Part shown: positions 1 through 8,548 of the stretch, piece after piece
Position numbering within the stretch: the first letter of the stretch is position 1
How the letters are laid out: each line of letters starts with the position of its first letter
Assembly: GCA_049969935.1 (NCBI GenBank)
Contig: JBMFNX010000003.1
Span: forward strand, 8,616 to 72,615
DNA: 64,000 nucleotides
Source: Nitrososphaeria archaeon
GTDB taxonomy: Archaea; Thermoproteota; Nitrososphaeria; JACIWG01
Reading direction: 5' to 3'
Notes under the pieces: generated by a model
Told to the model about the DNA's origin: nothing
Databases searched by the model: none
Seen by the model: the letters and a program-made list of their open reading frames with translations, nothing else
Program-made: the position numbers and the translations under genes

Positions 1-201
1 ATAGAATATTACTCCAACAAACATTGAGATAAAGCCTAGGAAAAAATTGATTTTGTCAGAAGCCAACATAACTTCTATAACAGAGCTGATGTCAGAAAAT
101 ATCATAAAAATTGCTAGCATAAAAAGGCCGATAGATAAAAGTGCAATGTGCTTTTTAGTAAACCTAGGCCTACCTTCTATTGAAGCAGTTTCAGTGCCCA
201 T
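1..201 (-). CDS. partial (5' end only) membrane protein gene running off the window start
   Basis: ATG at 201-199 on the minus strand, with the frame open to base 1 (67 codons): MGTETASIEGRPRFTKKHIALLSIGLFMLAIFMIFSDISSVIEVMLASDKINFFLGFISMFVGVIFY. It has hydrophobic TM-like stretches and is divergent from etfB across an AT-rich spacer. It is absent from the ORF track because there is no stop inside the window. Confidence 0.3.
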   Translation of the reverse strand, partial: MGTETASIEGRPRFTKKHIALLSIGLFMLAIFMIFSDISSVIEVMLASDKINFFLGFISMFVGVIFY

Positions 202-255
202 CTACTTTGGAGGAAAGCCTATAATATATAAATGGAACTTCAAAAAATTGGGAAA

Positions 256-267
256 TTTTATATAATA
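256..267 (+). promoter_or_regulatory. candidate archaeal TATA box for the etfB operon
   Basis: TTTTATATAATA is centred about 29 nt upstream of the etfB ATG (290). The spacing fits a leaderless or short-leader archaeal promoter. Confidence 0.3.
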
Positions 268-289
268 TTTTTTAGAATGTGTCGATAAC

Positions 290-1090
290 ATGACATTAAA
301 GATTATTGTTCTCATAAAACAGGTGCCTGATATTGAAAAGGTTAGATTTGATATTGAAACTGGAAGAATAGACCGAAGTTCTGCTCCTGCAGAAATAAAC
401 CCATTTGATTTAAACGCTTTAGAGGCCGCGGTCCAGATTAAGGAAAAGGTTGGTGGATACATAATTGCATTAAGTATGGGGCCGCCTCAAGCTGTAAGCT
501 CCTTAAAGGATGCGATGGCTAGAGGCGCTGATGAAGCAATATTGTTGGAGGATAAGAAGTTTGCGGGAGCAGACACTTGGGCTACATCTTATACACTTGC
601 TGGTGCAATTAAAAAGATTGGAGAATATGATATTATTTTATGTGGAGAGAAGACTGTTGATGGAGACACGGGCCAGGTTGGTGCTGAAGTTGCAGAACAA
701 CTTAATATTCCACACATATATTATGTTTCAAAGATTGTTGATGTGAGTGACAAAAATATTGTGGTAGTTTCTGAAATGAGTGATGCATCGTATACTGTTG
801 AGGCAACTTATCCTGTTCTTGTTAGCGTGACTAAGGATGTGAATAAGCCTAGACTGCCAACTTTAAAGGATAAGCTTAGGGCGATGAAAAGTGATGTTAA
901 AGTTTGGCATGCTACAGACCTAGAAGGGATTATTGACCTAAATTGTGTTGGATACTTTGGTTCTCCAACAAATGTTCATAAAGTTGTTATACCTCAGGAA
1001 AGGTTTAGGGAGGGTAAGATTTTTAGAAGTGTTGATGAAGGGTTAGAGAACATTTTAAATGTTCTGGTAGAAAAGAGGTTGATACAATAA
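290..1090 (+). CDS. etfB: electron transfer flavoprotein beta subunit (EtfB)
   Basis: 266-aa ORF with an EtfB-type N-terminus (MTLKIIVLIKQVPD) and the internal motif CGEKTVDGDTGQVG. The stop overlaps the etfA start (TAATG at 1088-1092). Confidence 0.9.
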   Translation: MTLKIIVLIKQVPDIEKVRFDIETGRIDRSSAPAEINPFDLNALEAAVQIKEKVGGYIIALSMGPPQAVSSLKDAMARGADEAILLEDKKFAGADTWATSYTLAGAIKKIGEYDIILCGEKTVDGDTGQVGAEVAEQLNIPHIYYVSKIVDVSDKNIVVVSEMSDASYTVEATYPVLVSVTKDVNKPRLPTLKDKLRAMKSDVKVWHATDLEGIIDLNCVGYFGSPTNVHKVVIPQERFREGKIFRSVDEGLENILNVLVEKRLIQ

Positions 1091-2088
1091 TGGAACCTTA
1101 TCGTAGCAAAATTTTTGTTCTAACAGAACTTAGAGGGGAAGGATTTCATCCAATTTCATTTGAACTTTTAGGTAAGGGTAGAGAGATAGCTGAAAGATTA
1201 GGTGGAGAAGTCTGCGCCATTGTCATGGGAAATAAAGTAGGTGAAGGTGCCTGCATGGAGCTTATATACTATGGTGCGGACAAGGTCCTTTTATATAATA
1301 GTGAACTTTTTTCCGAACCTAATATAATCAACTTTAAGCATAACCTTGTTAGACTGGTTGAGGAGGAGAAGCCAGAAATATTTTTAATTGGAGCCACACA
1401 CTTTGGAAGGTCTCTAGCTCCAAGGGTTGCGGCTGCACTTAAGACAGGATTAACCGCTGACTGCATCGACTTAGAAGTTGATGAAAAAGGTGAACTTATA
1501 CAGATTAGACCGGCCTTTACTGGAAACATTCTTGCACATATCAAAACCAAAACTAGACCTGTGATGACAACAGTAAGATATAAGGTTATGAACGCATGTC
1601 CAAGAAATTTGGAGAGAAAGGGTGTAGTTATAGTTAAGGAGGCTGAAGAGCCCAGAGAAAGGAATGTCAAATTTGTTGAAAAATATGGTACAAGAAAAAT
1701 GAATATAGCTGACGCTGAGGTCATAGTTTCTGGTGGAAGAGGCTTAGGATCCCCAGAAGGCTTTAACCTCTTAAAGGAGCTTGCAGACCTATTGGGTGGA
1801 GTTGTAGGATCAAGTAGAACTCCAGTTGATGAGGGCTGGATAAGTAAGGAGCATCAGGTGGGATTCAGTGGAAACACTGTTAAACCAAAACTTTATATTG
1901 CATGCGGAATTTCTGGCTCACCACAACATCTTGCTGGAATGAAAGATTCTGAAACGATTATTGCAATAAATGTTGACCCTTCAGCACCAATATTTAAGGT
2001 TGCAGACTATGGGATAGTCGGAGACCTATATGAGGTTATACCCCTTTTAATTAGGGAGATAAAGGCAAGGAAGGTGAGGAAATGTTGA
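1090..2088 (+). CDS. etfA: electron transfer flavoprotein alpha subunit (EtfA)
   Basis: 332-aa ORF with the C-terminal FAD-binding signature region YIACGISGSPQHLAGM. It is translationally coupled to etfB and overlaps the next ORF by 7 nt. Confidence 0.9.
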   Translation: MEPYRSKIFVLTELRGEGFHPISFELLGKGREIAERLGGEVCAIVMGNKVGEGACMELIYYGADKVLLYNSELFSEPNIINFKHNLVRLVEEEKPEIFLIGATHFGRSLAPRVAAALKTGLTADCIDLEVDEKGELIQIRPAFTGNILAHIKTKTRPVMTTVRYKVMNACPRNLERKGVVIVKEAEEPRERNVKFVEKYGTRKMNIADAEVIVSGGRGLGSPEGFNLLKELADLLGGVVGSSRTPVDEGWISKEHQVGFSGNTVKPKLYIACGISGSPQHLAGMKDSETIIAINVDPSAPIFKVADYGIVGDLYEVIPLLIREIKARKVRKC

Positions 2089-3449
2089 TTAAAGAAGTTG
2101 TTGATAGGCTGGTTGATATTGTTGGAAAGGATGCGGTTATAGATAAGAGGGAGCTTATGGAAAGCTACCTATTCGATGAAACATGCTTGCCAGTTAGACC
2201 TCAGGCTGCATCAAACTGTATACTTGTTAGACCAAACAGTAGTGAACAGATTTCAGAAATTTTGAAGCTTGCAAACGAGAAAAGGATTCCAGTGTATCCA
2301 AGAGGAGGGGGTACAGGGCTTGTTGGAGGAGCGGTTCCAACAAGAGATGGTATAATAGTTTCTCTAGAAAGATTGGATGCAATAGAGGTTGATAAAGAGA
2401 ATTTGATGGCTACAGTTGGTGCTGGAGCAACTTTAGGTAAACTGCTTAAGGCTGCCGATGAAGCTGGACTATCATTTCCACCTCATCCAGGTGATGAGGG
2501 GGCGCAGATTGGTGGGCTTGTTGTATGTAATGCTGGTGGAGCGAGGGCTGTTAAACATGGTATAATGAGAAACTTTGTTAAAGGGGTTGAGGTTGTCCTC
2601 CCTACTGGTGAAATAGTGAACTTTGGTGGAAAACTTTTGAAGGACAACATGGGATACAGCCTCCTACATTTAATCATAGGAAGTGAGGGAACATTGGGGA
2701 TAGTTACAAAGGCTGTGATAAAGCTTACTCCAAAATCACCTTACACACTAACACTTCTTCTACCCTTTAACACGAGACATGATGCCTTAAACACGGTTCC
2801 AAAGATATTGTATGCGGGAATAACTCCACTTGCACTAGAATATGTTGAAAACGAAGTTATGAGAATATCTGCTGAACATTTGGGTGAAAAATGGAATGTT
2901 GAGGGAAACGTTTTCCTACTAGCAATATTGTCTGGGGAAGAAAATGCAGTATATTCTGAAGCAGAAAAGATTTCACAAATTTGTATAGATGGGGGTGGTC
3001 TTGAACCTTCAATAGCTGAAAGACGTGATGAGCAAGAAGCTATCCTCAAGATTAGAAGCAACATCTTCACAGCACTTAAAAAAGATTACATGGACATTTT
3101 CGACACAACCGTACCACCTTCAGCAATCGGAAAGTTGGCTGACGAAATAGACAGGATAGCTCTAAAGTATAATGCGTACATTCCAGTGTATGGGCATGCA
3201 GCCGACGGAAACGTACACTCACATGTTATGAAAAAGGATGCAGAAAAATATGATGTAATAAAAAATGAAATATATGAGGCGGCAATAAAGCTTGGTGGAG
3301 TTATTACAGGAGAACATGGGATAGGAAAGATAAGGGTTAAGGAGCTTTCAAGACTAGTACATCCAAAAAGTTTAGAGATCATGAAAGGAATAAAGAGACT
3401 GTTCGACCCAAACAACATTCTTAACCCTTCAACAGTGGTGGAAATTTGA
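2082..3449 (+). CDS. FAD-linked oxidase, GlcD / D-lactate dehydrogenase family
   Basis: 455-aa ORF. FAD-binding PCMH-type region PVYPRGGGTGLVGGAVP and C-terminal GEHGIGKIR...FDPNNILNP, both typical of GlcD-like FAD oxidases. Confidence 0.85.
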   Translation: MLIKEVVDRLVDIVGKDAVIDKRELMESYLFDETCLPVRPQAASNCILVRPNSSEQISEILKLANEKRIPVYPRGGGTGLVGGAVPTRDGIIVSLERLDAIEVDKENLMATVGAGATLGKLLKAADEAGLSFPPHPGDEGAQIGGLVVCNAGGARAVKHGIMRNFVKGVEVVLPTGEIVNFGGKLLKDNMGYSLLHLIIGSEGTLGIVTKAVIKLTPKSPYTLTLLLPFNTRHDALNTVPKILYAGITPLALEYVENEVMRISAEHLGEKWNVEGNVFLLAILSGEENAVYSEAEKISQICIDGGGLEPSIAERRDEQEAILKIRSNIFTALKKDYMDIFDTTVPPSAIGKLADEIDRIALKYNAYIPVYGHAADGNVHSHVMKKDAEKYDVIKNEIYEAAIKLGGVITGEHGIGKIRVKELSRLVHPKSLEIMKGIKRLFDPNNILNPSTVVEI

Positions 3450-3661
3450 TATTCTCATAAAGGCTAAAGCCACCGTCTCCAGGTTTCAAACCTTCACTTA
3501 CAGAATCCATCTTAAATAGGGTCAAATAGACCTCAATTGCCAAATGTATGGCTATTAGAGTATCCTAAACTTTATTCAAGTCAATCTAGGTGACCATTTT
3601 TATGAAGTTGGAATTAAACAAGATGTTCTCAAACTGAATGGTAGAATTTATCATATAATGT

Positions 3662-3669
3662 TTATATAG
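3662..3669 (+). promoter_or_regulatory. candidate TATA box for vapBC
   Basis: TTATATAG/TTTATATA lies about 25 nt upstream of the vapB ATG (3691). It is followed by a direct repeat TAGTAGTA at 3667-3674 and 3680-3687. Confidence 0.35.
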
Positions 3670-3690
3670 TAGTATTTATTAGTAGTACTT

Positions 3691-3921
3691 ATGGCCGAAG
3701 AAGTGGTTTTAAAGGTAACCCGTAAGGGGCAGGTTACACTCCCTAAAACGTACAGGGATACTCTTGGAATAAGAGAGGGAGATATAGTTTACGCACAGCT
3801 TAAGGATAACATGATAATTATATCAAAAACTGGGATACCAGATCCAGGACAACCAATAGGGGAAAGGAGATTTAAGGAAATAATCAAGCGGCTAGAGGAA
3901 GAAAGAAGAACATGGTTTTAG
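3691..3921 (+). CDS. vapB: AbrB/SpoVT-family antitoxin (VapB-like)
   Basis: 76-aa ORF with an N-terminal swapped-hairpin-like segment VTRKGQVTLPKTYRDTLGIREGD. It overlaps the downstream PIN gene by 10 nt. Confidence 0.8.
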   Translation: MAEEVVLKVTRKGQVTLPKTYRDTLGIREGDIVYAQLKDNMIIISKTGIPDPGQPIGERRFKEIIKRLEEERRTWF

Positions 3922-4307
3922 TAATTGATACCAGATTTTTGATAGCACACACTCTTCCCTCATCCGAAAATGAAAGGATACTGATAAAAGGGTTTACGAA
4001 AAAGTTAGCTCAAGAAGAGATAATTATTCCTTCTATAGTTATAGTAGAGTTCTTGAAAGTTGTAGGTTCAGTTATTGGAAAAGATTCAGCAAGGATAAGA
4101 TTAAGGCTATGGATTGGGGGTGGAGCAAAAATTATTCCCATAGATGAGGAAGTAGCTTTTTTGGCTGGAGAGATAGCTTTAGCGCACAAGAATCTTCCTT
4201 TAGCTGACGCAATTATAGGAGCCATTGCTAGAAAATTTAGTGGAAAAATAATTTCAGACGATCCACACTTTGGTACACTAGATATTAAGACAATATGGTA
4301 TAAGTAG
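3912..4307 (+). CDS. vapC: PIN-domain ribonuclease toxin (VapC-like)
   Basis: 131-aa ORF with acidic PIN residues in the expected order: VIDT near the N-terminus, IVIVEF, LPLADAII, and ISDD near the C-terminus. Confidence 0.8.
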   Translation: MVLVIDTRFLIAHTLPSSENERILIKGFTKKLAQEEIIIPSIVIVEFLKVVGSVIGKDSARIRLRLWIGGGAKIIPIDEEVAFLAGEIALAHKNLPLADAIIGAIARKFSGKIISDDPHFGTLDIKTIWYK

Positions 4308-4321
4308 AATAAGACTTTGAA

Positions 4322-4342
4322 ACTCTCCTCGACTGAAGTCGA
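4322..4342 (-). repeat. conserved terminal block and hairpin of TnpB remnant A
   Basis: ACTCTCCTCGACTGAAGTCGA matches 22171-22191 at 19 of 21 positions. It contains the palindrome TCGACT..AGTCGA. A second collinear block (4406-4429, AGCCCCTGGATAAAGCGTATAGCC) matches 22253-22276 at 22 of 24 positions. Confidence 0.75.
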
Positions 4343-4891
4343 AAGAGCCTCGGTTTGTCATGGTCTTCCACTAATCCTACAGGGGTTATGGGCTCTATCA
4401 ACCCCAGCCCCTGGATAAAGCGTATAGCCTATGCCCCGCTCGAGTATGCTATATGCTCAATTATAGTCTGCGTCACATGCGTATCCACAGTATGGACGTT
4501 TGAAGATGCTTCAGACTTGAGACCCTATATGCTTACATTTTTGGCATGTTTTCGAGAGGCATCCTTCACTTATCTTTATGACCTTTATTCCAGCCATCTA
4601 GTCTTGTATTCTATGTATTGGCTCAGTTGTGGCAGGGAAGACTTTGTTTAGTTTCCTGCTGAACACCCTACCTTCTCCGTTCCTTCTGGTTCACTTAAGG
4701 TTTCCAAACACGATCATTGAATCTTTTCCTAAAGCTTCGTTAACTATTATCCTGCTAACCTTGTACAGGATGCTGCTGCAAACATCCTTTCTTTGTATCC
4801 AATCTCCTTTATTGTCTTGAGACTTTCTTGCCGAACTTTCTGTGAAAAGGTTAAACTCCAATTTTATGTCTCCATTATAATTTTCTTCACC
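4322..4891 (-). pseudogene. IS200/IS605-family TnpB (OrfB) remnant, C-terminal about 190 codons only, with five in-frame stops
   Basis: One minus-strand frame reads ...RKDVCSSILYKVSRIIVNEALGKDSMIVFGNLK*TRRNGEGRVFSRKLNKVF...IQD*MAGIKVIKISEGCLSKTCQKCKHIGSQV*SIFKRPYCGYACDADYN*AYSILERGIG...GRP*QTEALSTSVEES. This matches the TnpB C-terminal half: RuvC-II region, CxxC...CxxC zinc finger and the D-x-N-A-A-x-N-I tail. The N-terminal half is absent. Confidence 0.75.
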
Positions 4892-4912
4892 TTATTAACT
4901 TTATTTGGGCGC

Positions 4913-7249
4913 TCAGATTCTTTTAATGATACTGCCTTTTGGTGTTTCTTCAACGATCAACCTCTGCTCGAATTCTTCTTTAACCTGCTCTATGTGGGTT
5001 ATGACAAATATTTGTTCAAACACATTTTTTAGTTCTTTTATACCATCTATTAAGGCTTTCATATTTTCTTGGTCAAGCGGGCCGAAACCTTCATCAACAA
5101 TTAGTATATTTGGCATACTCTTCCCCTTATACGATGATATTGCTTTCATTGTCGCAAGCCTTATTGCGAACCCTAAAATTGTTCTCTCCCCCTGCGAGAA
5201 ATCTTTTATTGACCTGAACGTGCTATCGATTTTTGACCTATCTCTTGCCCTAACTTCAACATCACCTTCCCTCGTTAAGCTAATGTCAATCTCGTATCTT
5301 CCACCCTTGAACCTTGAAATAAAGTCTGAAAGGTTCATTTGAACATGTTTAACAAACTCTTCTAGAAATACTGTGGGGAAGGCGTTGTCTTTGAAGACCT
5401 GTTCCTTGATTATTGTGAAAATTTCTTTCCTCTTTAATAGCTCCCTTTCCTCCTCATATTTTTTCTTCAGCTGCTGCTCCTTATCTTCTAGCTCCTTCAA
5501 CTTTATTTTTAACTGTTCCAGCTCTTTTTCCTTATTTCCTTTATTTTGATATAATGTATTAATTTCTTTTTCAATTTGTTTTATTAAACTGTCAATTTCT
5601 AGAATCTTGTTCTCCAATCTATTTTTCTCATTCTCTAATGGCATAAGTTTCTCCACCTGTTCTTTTATGGCATTTAATTTTGAAAGGTTTTCCTCATATT
5701 TTTCGTACGAAGATAATGCTTTATTTAATTCTTCTTTCTCCTTGTTTAACTGATTTTGAACTTGAATTAGCCTCTGTACTCCTAAACTTCTATATTCTAA
5801 TCCAATTATGGTAGCATTGTCTTTAAGCTGCAAATTAATATTACCAAGTTCTATTTCAAGACTTTTTAAACCCGCTTTTGGGTCACTAACAACCTCCTGA
5901 GGAAATTCTTTTAATAGACTTTCAATCTTCTTGTAGGCGTCATAGGATCTTCCATACTCTCTTACTACTTTATCCAATTTTTGCTCTACCTCATACTTTT
6001 CTCTTGACAGTTCCTCTATACTTGTATCAAGATTTTTTACAGTGTTAGGATATTCTTTTATTTTATCTTCAATTTCTCTTATCAGTTCAATTCGTCTACC
6101 TTCACTTAATTCTGTTTTGCAAAGTGGACATACTGTTTCTTCCTGAAGATTTTTTACATAGAGTTTTGACGCACTATTTTTTGCCTCAATTTCCATCTTA
6201 TTTCTTTTAATATCCTCAATTTTAGTTGCTAACTCATTAACCTTTTTTCTCAGCTCCTCTTCCTCTTGTTTCAGTTCCTCAGGTCTTCTGTAACTTTCAA
6301 TTGTTTTGACAACTTCTATTAAATTTTTATACTGAGTTTCTAACTGATTTCTTTTTTCTAGAAGCTCTAATGTTGCGCTTATTGTTCCTATTTTTTGATC
6401 TAGAAACACTATTCTAGCTTCTATATCCTCCTTTTTTAATCCTCCAATTCTTTTCTCAAATTCTCTTATTTCATTATTTAATCTTTCTTTTTCATTTTCC
6501 AGCATCTGATTTGTTGCCAACACTTCCTCTATTCTCTTTAGACTCTTTTGGAGATTTTCTTTTTCGTTTGAAAGAGAACTTTTTTCCTTTTCCCTAGCTG
6601 CTAGAGTCAAGTTTATTTTTCTTATTTCTTCTTCTACTCCTGGAACCTTTTTTTCGATATCAGGCTTTACTTTAACATCTTTTTCGAGAACCGTTTTTTC
6701 AACCAAAATCTGTCCTATTCTATTATCTACATTCTTTATTTCATCACTTGCCCTCTCATAGGCTTTTTTAAAGTCTATTCCCAAAAATTTTAGGAAAAGT
6801 TCTCTTCTCTCTTTTGGAGTTCTTTCACTTAATGTTTCAACTTCACCTTGTGCGATGACTACAGTGTTAAGGAATGTTTTAGAATCCATTCCAAAAAGCT
6901 TCTCTATAGTATTCTGAATTTCCCTCGACCTTGAAATCTCTCTTCTTTCAATAGTGTCTGTAAATTGTGAATGTGTGCTTCCATCAGAATATTGTCTCAC
7001 AATAATGTATCTTTTTCCCTCATGCTCGAACTCTAACCCAATCTTTGCAACCTTATTTTCTAACGCATAATCCTTCAAGCTTCTACCATTAAATTCATTA
7101 TAGAATGCTATTACTGGAACTGCAACAAATGCTGTAGTCTTTCCAGCCCCATTTGGGCCAGTTATTAGGGCTAAATCGTAATCTTCTAGGTAAAGTTCAA
7201 GCTTTGGAAAAGTCTTCAAGTTTTCTACAAAAATCTTCTCTAACCTCAT
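4913..7249 (-). CDS. rad50: DNA double-strand break repair ATPase Rad50
   Basis: 778-aa ORF: Walker A GPNGAGKTT, a long K/E-rich coiled-coil middle, zinc hook CPLC, signature SQGE, and Walker B ILIVDEGF. The start overlaps the mre11 stop (ATGA). Confidence 0.9.
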   Translation of the reverse strand: MRLEKIFVENLKTFPKLELYLEDYDLALITGPNGAGKTTAFVAVPVIAFYNEFNGRSLKDYALENKVAKIGLEFEHEGKRYIIVRQYSDGSTHSQFTDTIERREISRSREIQNTIEKLFGMDSKTFLNTVVIAQGEVETLSERTPKERRELFLKFLGIDFKKAYERASDEIKNVDNRIGQILVEKTVLEKDVKVKPDIEKKVPGVEEEIRKINLTLAAREKEKSSLSNEKENLQKSLKRIEEVLATNQMLENEKERLNNEIREFEKRIGGLKKEDIEARIVFLDQKIGTISATLELLEKRNQLETQYKNLIEVVKTIESYRRPEELKQEEEELRKKVNELATKIEDIKRNKMEIEAKNSASKLYVKNLQEETVCPLCKTELSEGRRIELIREIEDKIKEYPNTVKNLDTSIEELSREKYEVEQKLDKVVREYGRSYDAYKKIESLLKEFPQEVVSDPKAGLKSLEIELGNINLQLKDNATIIGLEYRSLGVQRLIQVQNQLNKEKEELNKALSSYEKYEENLSKLNAIKEQVEKLMPLENEKNRLENKILEIDSLIKQIEKEINTLYQNKGNKEKELEQLKIKLKELEDKEQQLKKKYEEERELLKRKEIFTIIKEQVFKDNAFPTVFLEEFVKHVQMNLSDFISRFKGGRYEIDISLTREGDVEVRARDRSKIDSTFRSIKDFSQGERTILGFAIRLATMKAISSYKGKSMPNILIVDEGFGPLDQENMKALIDGIKELKNVFEQIFVITHIEQVKEEFEQRLIVEETPKGSIIKRI

Positions 7250-8547
7250 TCGCTCATAACCTCCTTCAATATCTTTAATGATTCTTCAAGAACATGCTTT
7301 TTTAGTTGAGGATTTATCTGCAAACTTTCAACATATCTTGCAAGCGCTTCTTCAACAGGCATGTTAGCAGTTTTCAAGCTTGCCTGTTCTGTTTGCTCTG
7401 TAGCTATATCGAACTTTATGTCCAGATACCCCTTTCCTAAAAGCATCTCCCTAATCCTATATTCGTTTAACATTCTTCTTTGAACATCCGAGATTTTAAC
7501 AAAAACTTTTACACAGGGGGGAAGACTTTTATCCTTTATCGGACATTTTGCAGCAACCTGTTCAACTATTTCCTCAATATTATCCGGAAGCGGTCTAATT
7601 TTTGGATTAGAATAGTTTAAGTGTACAACGCAAAGGTCTCTGGTTCTTATGTAAACTGGCTTTGGGACAAGAGTACCATTCTGTTCACTAACAAGTATTA
7701 CACCTTTGCTGCTTTTGCTAAGCTCCCTACCATCCAAATATGATGGTTCATCGAACGTCAATCTATATATTGAGCCACTGTACCAGCACCTTTCTGAACC
7801 AATCTGCTGCATTACATGAAAGTGGCCTAAGGCTATATAGTCGAAGGGTAATCTGCTAATTTCATTAACTTCATAAACGACCTCATATTTTGATCCATAA
7901 AAGATTCTTTCTGAACCCGGTATTGCACCCATTATGGGCACATGCGCTACAAGGATATGATAGTCAGCGTCAGCATTCCCTCTAAGTTCATTAACTTTTC
8001 TCAAACTTTCTTCCTTCAGCTTTGCTATAAATTCCTGCCTCTTCTCGTACCTTGCTTTTTCGAAAGCCTCTTCAACACTTTTTACTTCCTTAAATTCAAG
8101 TTCACTTGGATAATATGGTAGGGCTGTGAAAGAAACTTTTTTACCGTCTTTCGCGCTTACAATAATGTTTTCTATCTTACTTAGATAGTGAAAATATTCT
8201 TCTTGTTTTGTTGACAAGAGTATATTAAATGTTTTTAAGAGTTCAGATGTACCTTCCGCATAAGGTCTATCATGGTTCCCCCTAACTATAATAGTGTGGA
8301 TCCTATTTTCTAGAAGCTGTTTTAAGAATTTTGAAAAATAGAGGGAAGAGTTTCCTGATGGAACTATTCTATTGAACACGTCTCCTGCTATTAGGACTAC
8401 ATCAACATCATTTTCTAATGCAATATCCTTGACCTGTTCAAGAGAATATAGTATGTCATTGAATCTTTCAGAGGCAGCCTTCACACTATACTGTGAGAAC
8501 ATGTCTTCTCCAATGTGGAGGTCGGCTGTATGCAATATTTTGACCAA
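7246..8547 (-). CDS. mre11: DNA repair nuclease Mre11 (SbcD family)
   Basis: 433-aa ORF with calcineurin-like phosphoesterase motifs DLHIG, GDVFN, GNHD and ALGHFH. TTG start lies 1 nt after the herA stop. Confidence 0.9.
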   Translation of the reverse strand: MVKILHTADLHIGEDMFSQYSVKAASERFNDILYSLEQVKDIALENDVDVVLIAGDVFNRIVPSGNSSLYFSKFLKQLLENRIHTIIVRGNHDRPYAEGTSELLKTFNILLSTKQEEYFHYLSKIENIIVSAKDGKKVSFTALPYYPSELEFKEVKSVEEAFEKARYEKRQEFIAKLKEESLRKVNELRGNADADYHILVAHVPIMGAIPGSERIFYGSKYEVVYEVNEISRLPFDYIALGHFHVMQQIGSERCWYSGSIYRLTFDEPSYLDGRELSKSSKGVILVSEQNGTLVPKPVYIRTRDLCVVHLNYSNPKIRPLPDNIEEIVEQVAAKCPIKDKSLPPCVKVFVKISDVQRRMLNEYRIREMLLGKGYLDIKFDIATEQTEQASLKTANMPVEEALARYVESLQINPQLKKHVLEESLKILKEVMSE

Positions 8548-8548
8548 T

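Noticed and set aside
47-265. Plus-strand 72-aa ORF (TTG start) at the window edge.
   Set aside because: It would end inside the AT-rich etfB promoter region and has no recognisable features. The opposite strand gives a more protein-like membrane N-terminus (1-201), although that call is itself low confidence.
4322-4891. Idea that the five in-frame TGA/TAG codons in TnpB remnant A reflect stop-codon recoding from a recoded mobile element.
   Set aside because: Neighbouring genes terminate normally at TGA and TAG (rad50 ends in TGA, vapC in TAG). One stop falls at a conserved small-residue position (DxN-A-A), where Trp or Sec is implausible. The N-terminal half of the gene is missing anyway.
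4355-5342. Plus-strand track ORFs 4355..4651, 4629..4820, 4793..5032 and 4905..5342.
   Set aside because: They lie antisense to the TnpB remnant and to the rad50 3' end, have low-complexity S/L/F-rich translations, and carry no recognisable motifs. The minus-strand reading explains the region.
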